A DNA stretch of 62,733 nucleotides, the filler included, from Choristocarpus tenellus KU-1152 (Eukaryota; Protista; Phaeophyceae), in assembly GCA_964200185.2 (NCBI GenBank). It is 10 parts of 10 records of this genome, joined end to end, with 100 filler letters (N's around TTAATTAATTAA, not from the genome) between each part and the next. Parts side by side here need not be neighbours in the genome. Positions count along the whole stretch, not along the records: positions 9,996 to 16,481 come from CAXNAD020008032.1; positions 16,582 to 22,539 come from CAXNAD020009313.1; positions 22,640 to 30,922 come from CAXNAD020004898.1; 7 more parts are not named here. One strand, 5' to 3'. Both the position numbers and the translations under genes were made by a program. The first letter of the stretch is position 1. Each line of letters opens with the position of its first letter. Positions 12,130 to 23,604 of the stretch are shown here, in pieces. Below the pieces are notes generated by a model. The model did no database searches. It saw nothing but the letters and a program-made list of their open reading frames with translations, and was not told the origin of the DNA.

Positions 12130-13500
12130 ATTGAGTTTTGGTTGCCTTGATTGTATCCATTAGGGATGAGGTTCCTGGCATGCGCACCTCGTGTAGTTCC
12201 AGTCTCCTGGCTGCAGACTTCACCACAGCCCCGACTCCATCAGACAAGGACTTGCCGTGACAGGAGGCAAAGAAGTTGTGTACTACGGAAATTCTCATCC
12301 GCGCTAAGGACTGAGAAACCCACCACATCTGCTATTTGTTCTTGAACTGACTCCCGCAGCCATCGGACCAGATGTGGAGGACCTCTAGGGCCTGTCCGTA
12401 TTCACTGGCCAGAGGTATTAGGTGGTCTTTCACAAACATCTCCACGGCATTCTGGACGAACTCATTGTCTTGGCTTCGGTCTTCACTGCACACCGTCATG
12501 CTGTGAGCCCAAACCCTTTCCTTCCCAAGATTTCCCCCTTCTCTGAGATCCCTCAACCACCGGACAATGGTCAGAAGTGCCGTAAGGAATAGATTGAAGA
12601 ACTCTTGTTGTGTTAAGTCTTGGTGGTTGTGTTGCAGGTGGGCGCTAAAGTCCATGGGCATGGTGGCATGTCCTTTGGGAGGCGGGATTTGCAGTGTTTG
12701 TATTGTTGCGCCTGCCAAGTGGTGATGCTGGGATGAAGGAAGAAGCTCTTGTTGAAGTTTGCAAATATGACCTTTAGGAATGTAGGGAATCCCTCCGTCC
12801 TTGGGAACAGCATCTATATCGAAAGGGCCAGGTGGTCACATTTTGAGCGTTGTTGCTGGTGATAGGTCGTGGAGATTCAGGCTTTGTTGTGGGTGTAATC
12901 AATTGTGTTTGGTGCTGTGGGAGGGAGTATCTGCTCGTTGTTTGACGAATACGCCGTGACACATTCAATTTACACTGAAATCATTACTCGAAGGAAAATG
13001 TCGCTCATCTTTCGCCTCCGGCTGTGTTTGTCTGTAGACCCTGTGTCGTCTTTGTCATTGTTCTCCTGGGTCCTGTTCCTCCTGAAGTTGGGGGTGGACT
13101 CTCCCACCATGCACTCAGCGATAATCAAATCGTCGGTAATGAGATTGTCCGCCCTGAACTCTGCATATTTTGCCTTGATCTTCTGGATCCTGTCATCTTT
13201 GGTGGTCCTGCTGAGGGTGGCGATGCCAAGTCTAGAGGACAGCGCCTGTGTGGTAGTGTTGACGGACATAAAGATTTATTGCAGCATGGGTATGTGGTCT
13301 GGATGTGAACATGGGAATATGGTCGATTGGTAGGGTAGGTTGCCCTTTCAGTCCTGGACCCGGCGTGAGGGTGGAACCGGACAGGTTTGCACAATGTTTG
13401 GACACAAAGTGTTCCACGGAGTACAGTCGTGTTGGATGACACCCCACTTTGAAAGCATGGAGAAGGGTGTATTTGATACATCGAGAACCGAAACCGCCCT
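12130..13500 (-). mobile_element. Sola2-like DDD transposase pseudogene
   Basis: Colinear motifs across frames: WQAQQYKHCKSRLP, GHATMPMDFS...QDLTQQEFF, SEDRSQD, LHIWSDGCGSQFKNK, HNFFASCHGKSLSDGVGAVVKSAARR. Disrupted by stops and frameshifts; the 5' boundary is approximate. Confidence 0.75.
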
Positions 13501-14457
13501 GATTAGAATATCCTGAAAGGTGTGCATCGTGTATGCAGTCAGTTGTGAGCCTCATCTAAAAGGTTATCAAAACGTAACATGAAGCATGTAGGACGAACTG
13601 GATGGGAATAGTTTATCGAACGGTAGAGTGTGTGTTTTGATCTGAATTTGTTTTTGGGAAACAGTTGACAAATGCATGGTGGGTGTCGCCCCAGACAATA
13701 TTGGTGTATGTACGCACTACAATTGACGTGTTCCGTCGAACGGTAAACTAATGTGTACCATGGGTTTTGTGGTGGAAGGGATACTGAATGTTTCATGTGA
13801 TGTCAGTCAACACATATCCACACATGCACATACCATCGTATGCGCCCCTTTCTCTATAGGGGATATGAGATCGTGATTAAGTTTTGTGGAAAGTTGACGA
13901 CGATGGTTTGGAGGCGTGCGGCTTCGAAGAGGTTGGTATATGGACAGCCGCAGCTTTTGCCATACTTTGTGGTACGGTAAAGTATGGCGAAAATGACTTG
14001 AAGCAAGCAGATGAAGGAAGAGCGAAACATGACTTGGCATAATTGCATTATTGTGTAAGGGTGAGGGACGGTGTTAGGGTTAGGGCACAGGGTTAGGGTG
14101 GGGACAGGTGCTAGGGTAGGAATCAAAAACAGAAACTGGAAGGAACATCGTTTGTTTCCGATACATATCGGAACGCGGATATCGGAGAACACGAACTTCG
14201 TCATTAGGTTTTGTCCTGCTCTTGATGGGAGGATGTGTGCGTCACCGGTTCGGAACTATGGTGAAACTGGTGAACACCACGTCTCTCTGATTTTGATGCA
14301 AATGTGTGAGTTCGGAAGGATATGGTGACCATATGCTTCGCTATGCCTAGTCTTCAAGCGCTAATCCCTCCTTCAAGTAATTACAGAACGCACAGGCTAC
14401 ATTGGAGTGTGTCTTGCTTCGACGGAGGCCTGGCCTTGCCTTTGGGATGTTCTGGGG

Positions 14458-16418
14458 TGTTAAGAATATGATTTTATTCATGTGTAAAAGAATATTCTGT
14501 AGAAGAAACAATCTAAGGATATAGAGACAGCGTATTCTAAGGAATGGAAGATAAGGTTGGGTTTGAAGAACTAGAATATGGAGAGTTCAGGAATAAGAAG
14601 CATTGTGGGAAGTAATTTCTGTTTAGTTTGATCAGTCATTCACGGAATAGAATTGATTTGGTGGCAAGGACACCCCCCCCTTTGGGGTTTGAAGCTCACT
14701 CTTCTTTCTTACATCTTCCTTACTTCATGTACAACCTGTTCTGCATAGTAAGGAATTAATCGAGTTATTTACATACACAAGTCTTGGGAACACCAATTTC
14801 TTTAACATGCTAGCTGCTAGCACTCCTTATTGAATTTTGCTAAGTTCTCAAAGGCTAGCGTTAAATCGATTTGAGGGGGAGTCCCGATTGCCATCAACGT
14901 TCAAGGTCTACAGTGGCGATGGTGATGGTGATAGATTTGCCATGTTTGAGCGAAAATTCCTTTCGTGTGCTGCCATGGGCGGCTGGAAGGACATGTTGTT
15001 ATCTGATGATCACATCAGAGTCAGCAGTGATTACTTTGACGCGTCAAGATGGTCTGAACGTGAAATAGACAAGGCTAGTATGGCGATTGCTGCTCTGGTG
15101 ATGGCCTTGGATGAGTTCGTGGAAAAAGGGGCGAGCAACCACGACAGTCCTTCCGAAGCTTTCCAAGCTTCAAGAAACCACTTTAGGAGAAGTGGTATCA
15201 CCGAAAGGGCCAACATACGATCGAGAAATGGCACTGCTGGTTTTCAGAGGGATCAGTGGCCAAGACGTGTGGAGTTCTGGTGGTGTGGAGGACTACGCTT
15301 TCAATCTTCTTGTCCCACCGTTGTTTCGTCCCGTTATACAGGTTCTTGTTATGTCTGTGGAGAAGAAGGACACAAGGCTTACAGTTGTCTCAAACGCGCT
15401 GGTGGTTTGGCAGAATCGGGTCAACCATCGTCTGGTCAAGCTCCCCAAAGGAAGAAGAAGAATGGTAAAGGGAAGGGGAGTGGCAATGCAAGCAACAGTG
15501 GTGAAGCTGGTGATGGTGAACAGAAAGCTAATGATACACCAGTTCAGCTTGGAGGATTCTCATCGGTGAGCAATGATGGCAGTATTGTTGAAGTGGATGA
15601 ACTTTGGTTCTTTGACAGTGGGTGTTCGGCTCATATGACACACAATCCTACTGCTCTGATAGATCCAGAACCTGTGGTAGGGACATCGGTGACTGTTAGG
15701 AATGGAAAGGTTCTACAAGTTTCAGCCATAGGTAATTTGTCACTATCATGTTGTGTACAGAATGGGGAAGTTTCAAGCTTCATCTTGCACAATGTGTCAT
15801 TTGTTCCTGGGTTAAAATTTAATCTCTTCTCAATGATACAAGCGGGGGAACAATCAGGGGGAGAATTATATTGGAAAGGGGAAATTCTCTGCGATTAAAC
15901 CCTTCTTCTGGAGGGCCTGGATTGGAATTTGTGAAACAAATGGGAAGAATTATGGATTGTTTACATTGAAAGCTAATCGAAGAAGCTTCTTGACCATTCC
16001 TGACCTGCCCTCAAGACAACTACCCGAAGTACCTGACATGACAGAGAGGATTGTGTCAGGACTAGTTCTAGTCGAGGGGAGGCAGGAACAGACGCACTCG
16101 CCCTGACATGGGCTAGAGGAGATACCGTCACAGGTGGACAATCTGAGGAGACTGCAATGTCAGATGAGGATGTTGCAGCGACAGGAGTGAATGACCTTGA
16201 GGGGGTTTCAGGAGATGCCATCGACCCAGGGGAAACTGTTGATGAGGAGAGGCCTACCTCAAAGGTGGCTGGAATGGATGTTGATCTGGAGCGATCGACT
16301 GGAGCAAACGCAACATGTGAGGAGGATGTTGTGGCATCTGATAACCTCGCCCAGGAAGGGGTTAAAATATTCGATTTTGCACAGGATGAGGCTGGAGGTA
16401 TCGACCTAACCCACACTG
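14458..16418 (+). mobile_element. Ty1/Copia LTR retrotransposon, 5' part (LTR 14458-14807, gag, protease), internally deleted and interrupted by a MITE
   Basis: TGTTAA...TTAACA LTR followed by a degenerate PBS-like TGCTAGC. ORF 14837-15898 has a zinc knuckle CYVCGEEGHKAYSC and the copia protease motif WFFDSGCSAHMT...LHNVSFVPGLKFNLFS. Confidence 0.9.
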
Positions 16419-17573
16419 GGCTCAAAGTATCTGGGGGGGGGGGGGGGGGGTCCTTCCGGTTTGGGGGTCGAGAGGGGGGGGNNNNNNNNNNNNNNNNNNN
16501 NNNNNNNNNNNNNNNNNNNNNNNNNTTAATTAATTAANNNNNNNNNNNNNNNNNNNNNNNNNNNNNNNNNNNNNNNNNNNNCCCCCCAGATACTTTGACC
16601 CAGAGGATCGATATTGCCATTTTTGGGATTGGAATTAAGGATTTGAGCACGAGCGTCACTAACTGGCAGGATCGGTATGAGTGAGTGTGTGACTAACAGG
16701 ATGACGAGGTTCATAATGCAATGGTATTCCAAGGAAACTATGATACCTAATGTATGTCACACCAAATCAACACCTAAGGTCGCCCAAACCACCAATACCA
16801 CTACTATCACTATGTGCTGAATGCTGTTTTGTTTATGTTTTTCTCTTACATCCTTTGTTCATTCTCATTTTTCTCTTCCCCTTGAGTTTTTCTGGGCATG
16901 ATGTTTTTCTTATGGGGACACTTTTCTTCCTTTTCATCTGACTTCGATGCCTCGTCAATCTTGTTCTGTGGGTTATGTTAAACCTTTACCTTCTCTTCTC
17001 ACTTATGGTATAGGTCTGAGTCCGTTGCAGGTATTAGAGACCAAGTAAAACATAATTACTGTATCACTCAGATTTCTAGGACATAACTCATGTCATATTT
17101 TGAGTTGTTCATAGGATTATTAGGAAATAACTAGAACATCATACACGCCAATACCAGTTTTTTTTTCATTTTCAGATTCTGTTTGTTTATGCGATTGTCT
17201 AATTATCTTCCTACGATTAGCCACATTTCGTAGACTGATATCTGACAATATTTACCCTGAAATTTTCTGTAAGATGTCACTTCGAGTAAATGTAATAAAC
17301 CGGACATAAATGGTGTCCTTACTGGAGAATGGTTAACAGCTAGAGTAGAAAATTGAAACTGCATCGCCTCAAATTTTAGACTAGCCATTTTTAGGCAATG
17401 TGGATATCAATGTAGCCAAGAAACCTCTCTTAACAGATATATCATCACCACAATGTAAAAAATAGTACTATTTTTGTAGCGACTGTACACCCACTGACAC
17501 CATCCTTAAAAAAATACCTCTAATCATAAAAGTATGTATGATACTGCAGGGAGCACCACACCTGCATGCAGTA

Positions 17574-17831
17574 GAGCCAAACCAACTGAGAGGTAGGCAG
17601 CGTTGCATTTGAAGGATCCCAAGAAATGGCAAAAGAAGACAGTTTGTACAATTGCTGAAAGAGCCTTTACTTAATGGTGGTGTCACCTTATGTGTTGAAA
17701 GAGGGAATATCAATTTTGTGGTACACATTTGTGCACATGAAGCGATGAAATACCGTGTATTGGACAGGTTAAGAAATATTACTTAGAATGCAAAAGGGTC
17801 CAAACCTGCCTACCTCTCATTGACTAGGCTC
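17574..17831 (+). mobile_element. MITE family D (about 258 bp)
   Basis: GAGCCAAACCAACTGAGAGGTAGGCAG...CTGCCTACCTCTCATTGACTAGGCTC, with 4-bp TSD AGTA/AGTA. Homologous to 35064-35322. Confidence 0.85.
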
Positions 17832-18202
17832 AGTAGTCTGCTTTCCCCTATTCAGGGGGCAAAGGGGGGGGGTTCCCTGTGTATACAGGGGGCAAAGGGT
17901 TGCCCCTATCCAAGGCATCACAAAAAAATGGTTTTGATTTTGATTGTTGAAATATGGCCAACATTTCCTCTGGTGGCGCGCCTATGGGCTTGGCAGGGTA
18001 GTGTCCAGCATTGGCTGCAGCTTGCTGCACTTCCACGCGTGTTTCCCTTTTGTCCAAGCACCTCCAAGCGATTTTTTCGGCTTGATTGAGGCCTATTGAC
18101 CTACTAAGGAGAAGAGCTTCACATTTCAGTTTGCAAAGGGAAGTGAGCAACAGTCTATCTTTTGGTTATGGCACCCCAGCTGCCGCATACAGACTCAACA
18201 AG

Positions 18203-18461
18203 GAACCGAAGTATCTTAGAGGGTAGAGATGCATCCATTTGGGAGCCAAAATCCAATGTTGCGATTTCGATGTAATTTTGGCTATCGTGTCTGTTAAGAA
18301 GTGTCAATATCAATGTTCTGGACACACCTTTTCATAACATCTACACTTCACCTACTCCTAAACAATTTGGAGTAGGATAATGTCATAAAAGAACTCATGG
18401 GAAGCCAAGCCCCAAATGGACAAACAGGGCAAAACTCGTACCCTCTAAGATACTTTCACTC
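18203..18461 (+). mobile_element. MITE family A (about 258 bp)
   Basis: TIR ..AAGTATCTTAGAGGGTA / TACCCTCTAAGATACTTTCACTC, with 4-bp TSD CAAG/CAAG. Confidence 0.92.
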
Positions 18462-19406
18462 CAAGATTGTTTGCCTTCAAATACCTTTCTAATCGTAAGG
18501 AGCTCAAAAAAAACACCATTGGGTTCCTCATGAAGAGTAGGCCCTGCTAATAGGTTCAATGCCAGCAGTCTGTCAAGCTCAACCCTGCTAGCACAGATCA
18601 AAACAGAGAGGTCTTCTATGCAGTAGTTGAGACAATCTGATAGGTGAACATGACTTGCTACGATCGATGTAGTTACACCTTTGTCAAAATATGCCTTCAT
18701 CCCTTGATAGTGTATTAGCTTTTTTTGTGAGTGTACACACTATCACTGTCCTTAGCAACACCTCTAAAACCGTGCATTACACCGTTGCGGCAGAGGCTCG
18801 TAAGCTTCAGGCATCTCGATACACAGGTAGAACTATTCTAGACGAGTTAGCAACCCTTGTAGTAGGAGGTAGGGGGGTGGAAGGTTTCAGCAGAAAGGAA
18901 GCTACAGAATCCCGCTTGAGGTGATTATTTCAGTCACTGCTCAAGTTGGCCATATCCAGAAGAGTTTCGGGGTTTAAACTAGAGACTCTAGGTCGATGGG
19001 CTAGGCAAGAGGTTTGATAGACTCATGTTCTCTCCCGCTTTCCTAGACTTAGTTTTTGGAGTGTTCTTTGTTGTTTTCTCGTCCATTCCTCCACATCCAA
19101 CAAGTTGGTGCATCTGATGAGTAGTTCCTTTCTGTGGTCATGTTTGTTGTTGCCTCTATATGATCTTTCCTCTGTTTTATTGTCTTGACATTATTACACT
19201 TGTTTTCTATATAATCCTGATATGTCATTAGAGGGTACAATAATAATAATAAAATACTAGTACTCTACCACTACTATGTGTATCTTTTTTGGACCAAATC
19301 AGACAAAACTGGGTACACCCGAAACATGATTGCAAATTGGTGTTTTGCCGCCCAACATTCCCCACTTCTCTTCGTCCTCAAATCCTCTATCCTCCCCTGC
19401 TATGTA

Positions 19407-21423
19407 ATGGTGGATGTCCAAGAACTCGTCCGGTGGTTAGTGGATGCTAAAATCCACGTTGCGGAAGCCTTACCAATTGTGTCTTCCTTGGCGGCTGAAG
19501 GGGTTACATCCACAGACGACCTCGCCTCTTTGGACGATGATGCACTGGTTAAGGCTGTGAAGCAGAAGTCCTATCTGTAAGCAATGTACCTTTTGAGGGT
19601 TGCACTGGTGATCCTGGCCATATAATTGGCCAGGGGTTTCATCTTACTGGTTTCCCAACTGCTTGTAAACGTTGTTTAGGAAGAAGATACGATCAAAGAT
19701 TGGGAAGGGAGCAGACAAGAAGGGTAAGAAACGTTCAGGGTCTTCCCAACCTTCAGGACAGGCGAAAAGGGCAAAACGTGGAGGTTCTTCGGATGTTCCA
19801 AAAGTCTCTCCAGCACCAGAATGTGATTTTTCCAGTGCTCAATTGAGGGAGATCGAGATCAAGATAAACCGTTCGCCTGTCATTATCCTCTGGGCGACTG
19901 TGAGTGATTAATATTTGTACCGACGTCGCTGTATCCTACTTGGAAAAATTGAAAGATGAAATGATACGTCTAAACTTCTCCTCGTTGACCTGCCTTCCAC
20001 CTTACTTCTCTCCCAATGGTACCCAACAGGTAGTGGCTCAGCGTCTTTCGTTTGATTGGAGTGAAAGTCTTTCAATCGGAAAGGCTGTGGCAAATTGGCT
20101 TGCTCAACGGAAAGGCGAATTTTATGGCATCTTAGAGCCTGTGGAGCAGGGGGTAACAGATGCAACAGTGCAGGAGGAGAAGGATGAGACTACAAAGATC
20201 CAGAGGTTAGAAATGATGGTGAGTGGCGTCCATCTTAATCCTCTCCCAAGCGATCAATATGTACTGGATTTTTAGACCTTTTCCTCCACTAACAGGAGAA
20301 GGCCATGGTATGATATGAGCATGTCTCTCCCTCCATCTCTCCCTCCCCCCCCCCCCCCCCCCCCCCCCCCCTTTCCCCCCTTCCTTTCAAAGTCGAAGAA
20401 AACCAACTCGCAGACCCTCTTCTCATCCCTATCTTACACCATTGTCCTATCCAATTGAGCAGGGTGAGGAAATTGTACTTCATCAAACTGAGTGTGGGTG
20501 GCGTGCTGTGAGTAACGGGAAGCTGATCCAACCGGGACAGGTGCACAGTCACCTCCGGAAGGTCTATGGTGCTGATTTCGGTGCAGCACGCCAAGCCATG
20601 ATCCAGTTAGGTGGGTGGCGCTGATTTCATGGGGATAGGTTCACTTGTGTGGATAACATTTCTCGTGCACGTTGTAGTTGTATGGAGCTCTACTGTGCTA
20701 AAGTGGGCGAAATTTGTTGGAGACTCAAATCCTCTATTATTGTTAGTAATATTTCAGCAATTCACACAGTCTTAGGGTGTTATATGATGAGGATATGAAA
20801 CATGTACAACTACTAAACATGATGTGAGGAACTGCTTAGCAGGAACTTGTCTCACATTTGTTTTGCAAGTCAACCTATCCAAACAAGACAGTGTGGAATG
20901 CATTTAAGATATATATGTAATAGCACAAGATTTATTGCAAGTTCTCTCTTCTTGTGTTTTTGTTGTTTTGATAATGTTTTTTAGGACATTTCTTGGTGTG
21001 CAAATTGTGTCAGTCGTATTATTTCTTTTTTCTAGTGGTTTTTAGAAGGGATTTCCATAGGTATCTATCCTGACTTCTGTGCCTCCCCCTTCACCAACAT
21101 ACCTATATTATACTTGTAGTTGCACTGCAAGCACACTTCACACCATGGACTCAGGGATACTAATTCTCTCCTTCTGCTCCTCACACCCCATTACACCCCT
21201 CCCTATCTCTTGTGTGTGTGTGTGTGCAGTGAACGTGCTTCCTCTGAGTCAGGTTGAGGGCACCCTCCGAACGCAGTCCTTGTATGAAGCATTCAGACCT
21301 GATGTGGCGAGGGGAAAAATGGGATGGGGGCAGTCAGGCACCCTTCGTCTCCAACGTCTTCTTGAACTGAGAGATGAAATTGACCAGGAAATCTATAGTA
21401 AAGTTGAGCATACTGAAGTATAG
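19407..21423 (+). CDS. Conserved hypothetical protein, complete 5-exon gene
   Basis: Exons 19407-19576, 19680-19899, 20030-20218, 20463-20610, 21230-21423, all GT-AG and in phase. Motifs INRSPVIILWATVVAQRLSFDWSESLSIGKAVA and LYEAFRPDVARGKMGWGQSGTL resemble an uncharacterised family I recall from bacteria and fungi (INRAP...LYExFRP...GWG). Confidence 0.85.
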
Positions 21424-22373
21424 ATGTTTTGTGTTTGGTTCATGTGCAAATGGTGTGGGCAGCTCTGTTGATACAAGCCTGTATCCCTTTGATGTGTATG
21501 GATTTCCTAGTGTGAAATTGATATAGTAAACCTCTCCGAATGTATAGCAAGGCTGAGTAGTGGGGAGGTTAAGGTGGGTGATACATAGAGAATGCAATGG
21601 AAAGGCATGGTTTGTAAATTAGGGATGAATGAACAGTAAACAGTTTGTACAATTTTGTGAAGGGCTGGTCCCAATTTGTTTCAGCAAGACAGCGCTTGAA
21701 GCAAAAAAGTAGCATATGCTGCTAATAGTAGCTCCTCAATTGAAACAAGCAAACAGATTGTACCAGAGTAGAGTTCCTTGAATCATAATCTTCTTGTGAC
21801 CTCTATCATGCTGTTTATTCAACAGAACGATTACCCAGTCGTATGGAATTCAAGATTGGGTGCAAGTATATATTTATACCTCAGCTAATGATGGTTAACT
21901 GGTGGTTAAGATCCATCCTTTTAAGTAACTATTTTTGTGACTGATAATCCTTCTCCAATCCAATCGGCCTTATCCCTGTATCCATGGTGTCCTCATCTAA
22001 TTTACCAACTTCAAGTCTGTGTTTTGTTAGACCTGGTTCGTCTTCCCACGATGGCATAGTGTGGTTTCAATGAAAACCGTACTTCTAAGTTGTATCACCC
22101 TTTTTGGCTGAGCTGTATGCAGGAATTTCAGCACCTTTGCTGTGTCCAAGTCAAGTCAAATTCAAGTTTGTCCTGTAGTAGTAGGTGTGGATTTATAAAT
22201 CTGGGGTGCAAGACCTGTGGCAAGATGAAGTTCACCATCCGAGAGATTCACTATTGTTTCGGTTTTTCACCACTTAGTGGTAGACGGCAGGAGGTATGTC
22301 GATCAAACCATGAATCCTGTTTACCTACAAGTTAGTACATATTATGTACTCCACAGTATAAGTATACACCAAG

Positions 22374-22539
22374 GACTCAAAGTATCTGAGGGCGGTGATG
22401 GCTGTCCATTTGGGGCCAATTTTTTCATGTTGCAATATTTGGGTGATTTGGTTCCATACGTCGGATGGATAATGAAAGTGCACTTTCCCTGGTTTTGGTC
22501 CAAATGGACACCCTGGTGGAGAGTCCACCCTCCCTATAT
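22374..22539 (+). mobile_element. MITE family B, truncated by contig end
   Basis: GACTCAAAGTATCT followed by the family B body. Confidence 0.85.
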
Positions 22540-22690
22540 NNNNNNNNNNNNNNNNNNNNNNNNNNNNNNNNNNNNNNNNNNNNTTAATTAATTAANNNNN
22601 NNNNNNNNNNNNNNNNNNNNNNNNNNNNNNNNNNNNNNNCCTGATGATTCTAAACACCCCCCACGACTGATTGGACCCTGCCTAACACAG

Positions 22691-22733
22691 TGGTACTCAC
22701 GCCGGGGCTCGAACCCGGGACCTCGGCTTTATT
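22691..22733 (-). repeat. tRNA-derived sequence: 3' half of a tRNA (Ile-AAU-like) with encoded CCA; not a functional tRNA gene
   Basis: Reverse complement reads AATAA AGCCG AGGTC CCGGG TTCGAGC CCCGG CGTGAGT A CCA, i.e. T-arm, acceptor 3' strand and CCA. There is no 5' half. Flanked by 20-bp direct repeats at 22670-22689 and 22731-22750. Confidence 0.7.
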
Positions 22734-23604
22734 GGACCCTGCCTAACACATATATAGCTTTCATAAAATTGTCAGCGTCCATACATACACATGTATTCTT
22801 AATTATATTGAACCGAGAATATCCATAGGAGATTTGAAAGAGTACAATCTATATGGAGATACTAATGCAATATGACTCAACCGTTGACATACATTTTTCA
22901 TGGTGGACTAATACAACACGCAGTGGACATGGTCTGGACATGAAGAAAAACATTGGACTGGTCAACGGCTATGTTCGGGACACATACGAGAAAAAAAATT
23001 AGACTGGTCCCCCAGCGGACATGGACCGGTCCAATTTCACATTGAACATGGTACGGACATGTAAGAGAATGTTTGACCCGTTCTGGTCGGTAGACATGGA
23101 CTGGTTCAACACTTGTGGGACTGGTCTAGTCAGTGGACGGACTATTTTACTTGCTGGTCACCTGAAAAGTCCTGGTGTTTGGACGTTGATGTCCCTACCA
23201 ATGAACATTTCTCACTTCCAGGAAACTCCTGTTGCTTCAATATGGAAAACTTATTCTTATATATAGCCAATCAGAAGCCTATCAAATCTGTTTTGGTGAT
23301 AATAATAACAATAATAGTAATCTCTTCCTTAGAGGAAAAAGTTCTTTTTTTCTTTCTCGAAGTCGAAGAAGAAAATATGGTGTTGTGATTAGGAACTGGC
23401 ATTCTTGAACAAATGATAGGTTGCGAAAATAGAGCTGGAGAGCTGGCTCTATATACAGTAGTACTTGTTTAATAAACTATCTAGAAGATCTTCCTTAACC
23501 CAAACATCCCCCACAAATCCTCTCATACTACTGATCTCTTAGACCCGTCCTGGAAGGTTTGATCTCGGTCTCGATAAGCACGTTCTGCAAGTTATCTCCA
23601 TATC

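Noticed and set aside
16419-16601. A single MITE spanning the gap, implying the two contigs are adjacent
   Set aside because: The flanks (ACTG versus AGAG) do not form a TSD, and the Copia sequence does not resume after the gap.
22691-22733. Functional tRNA gene
   Set aside because: The 5' acceptor strand, D-arm and A-box are missing.
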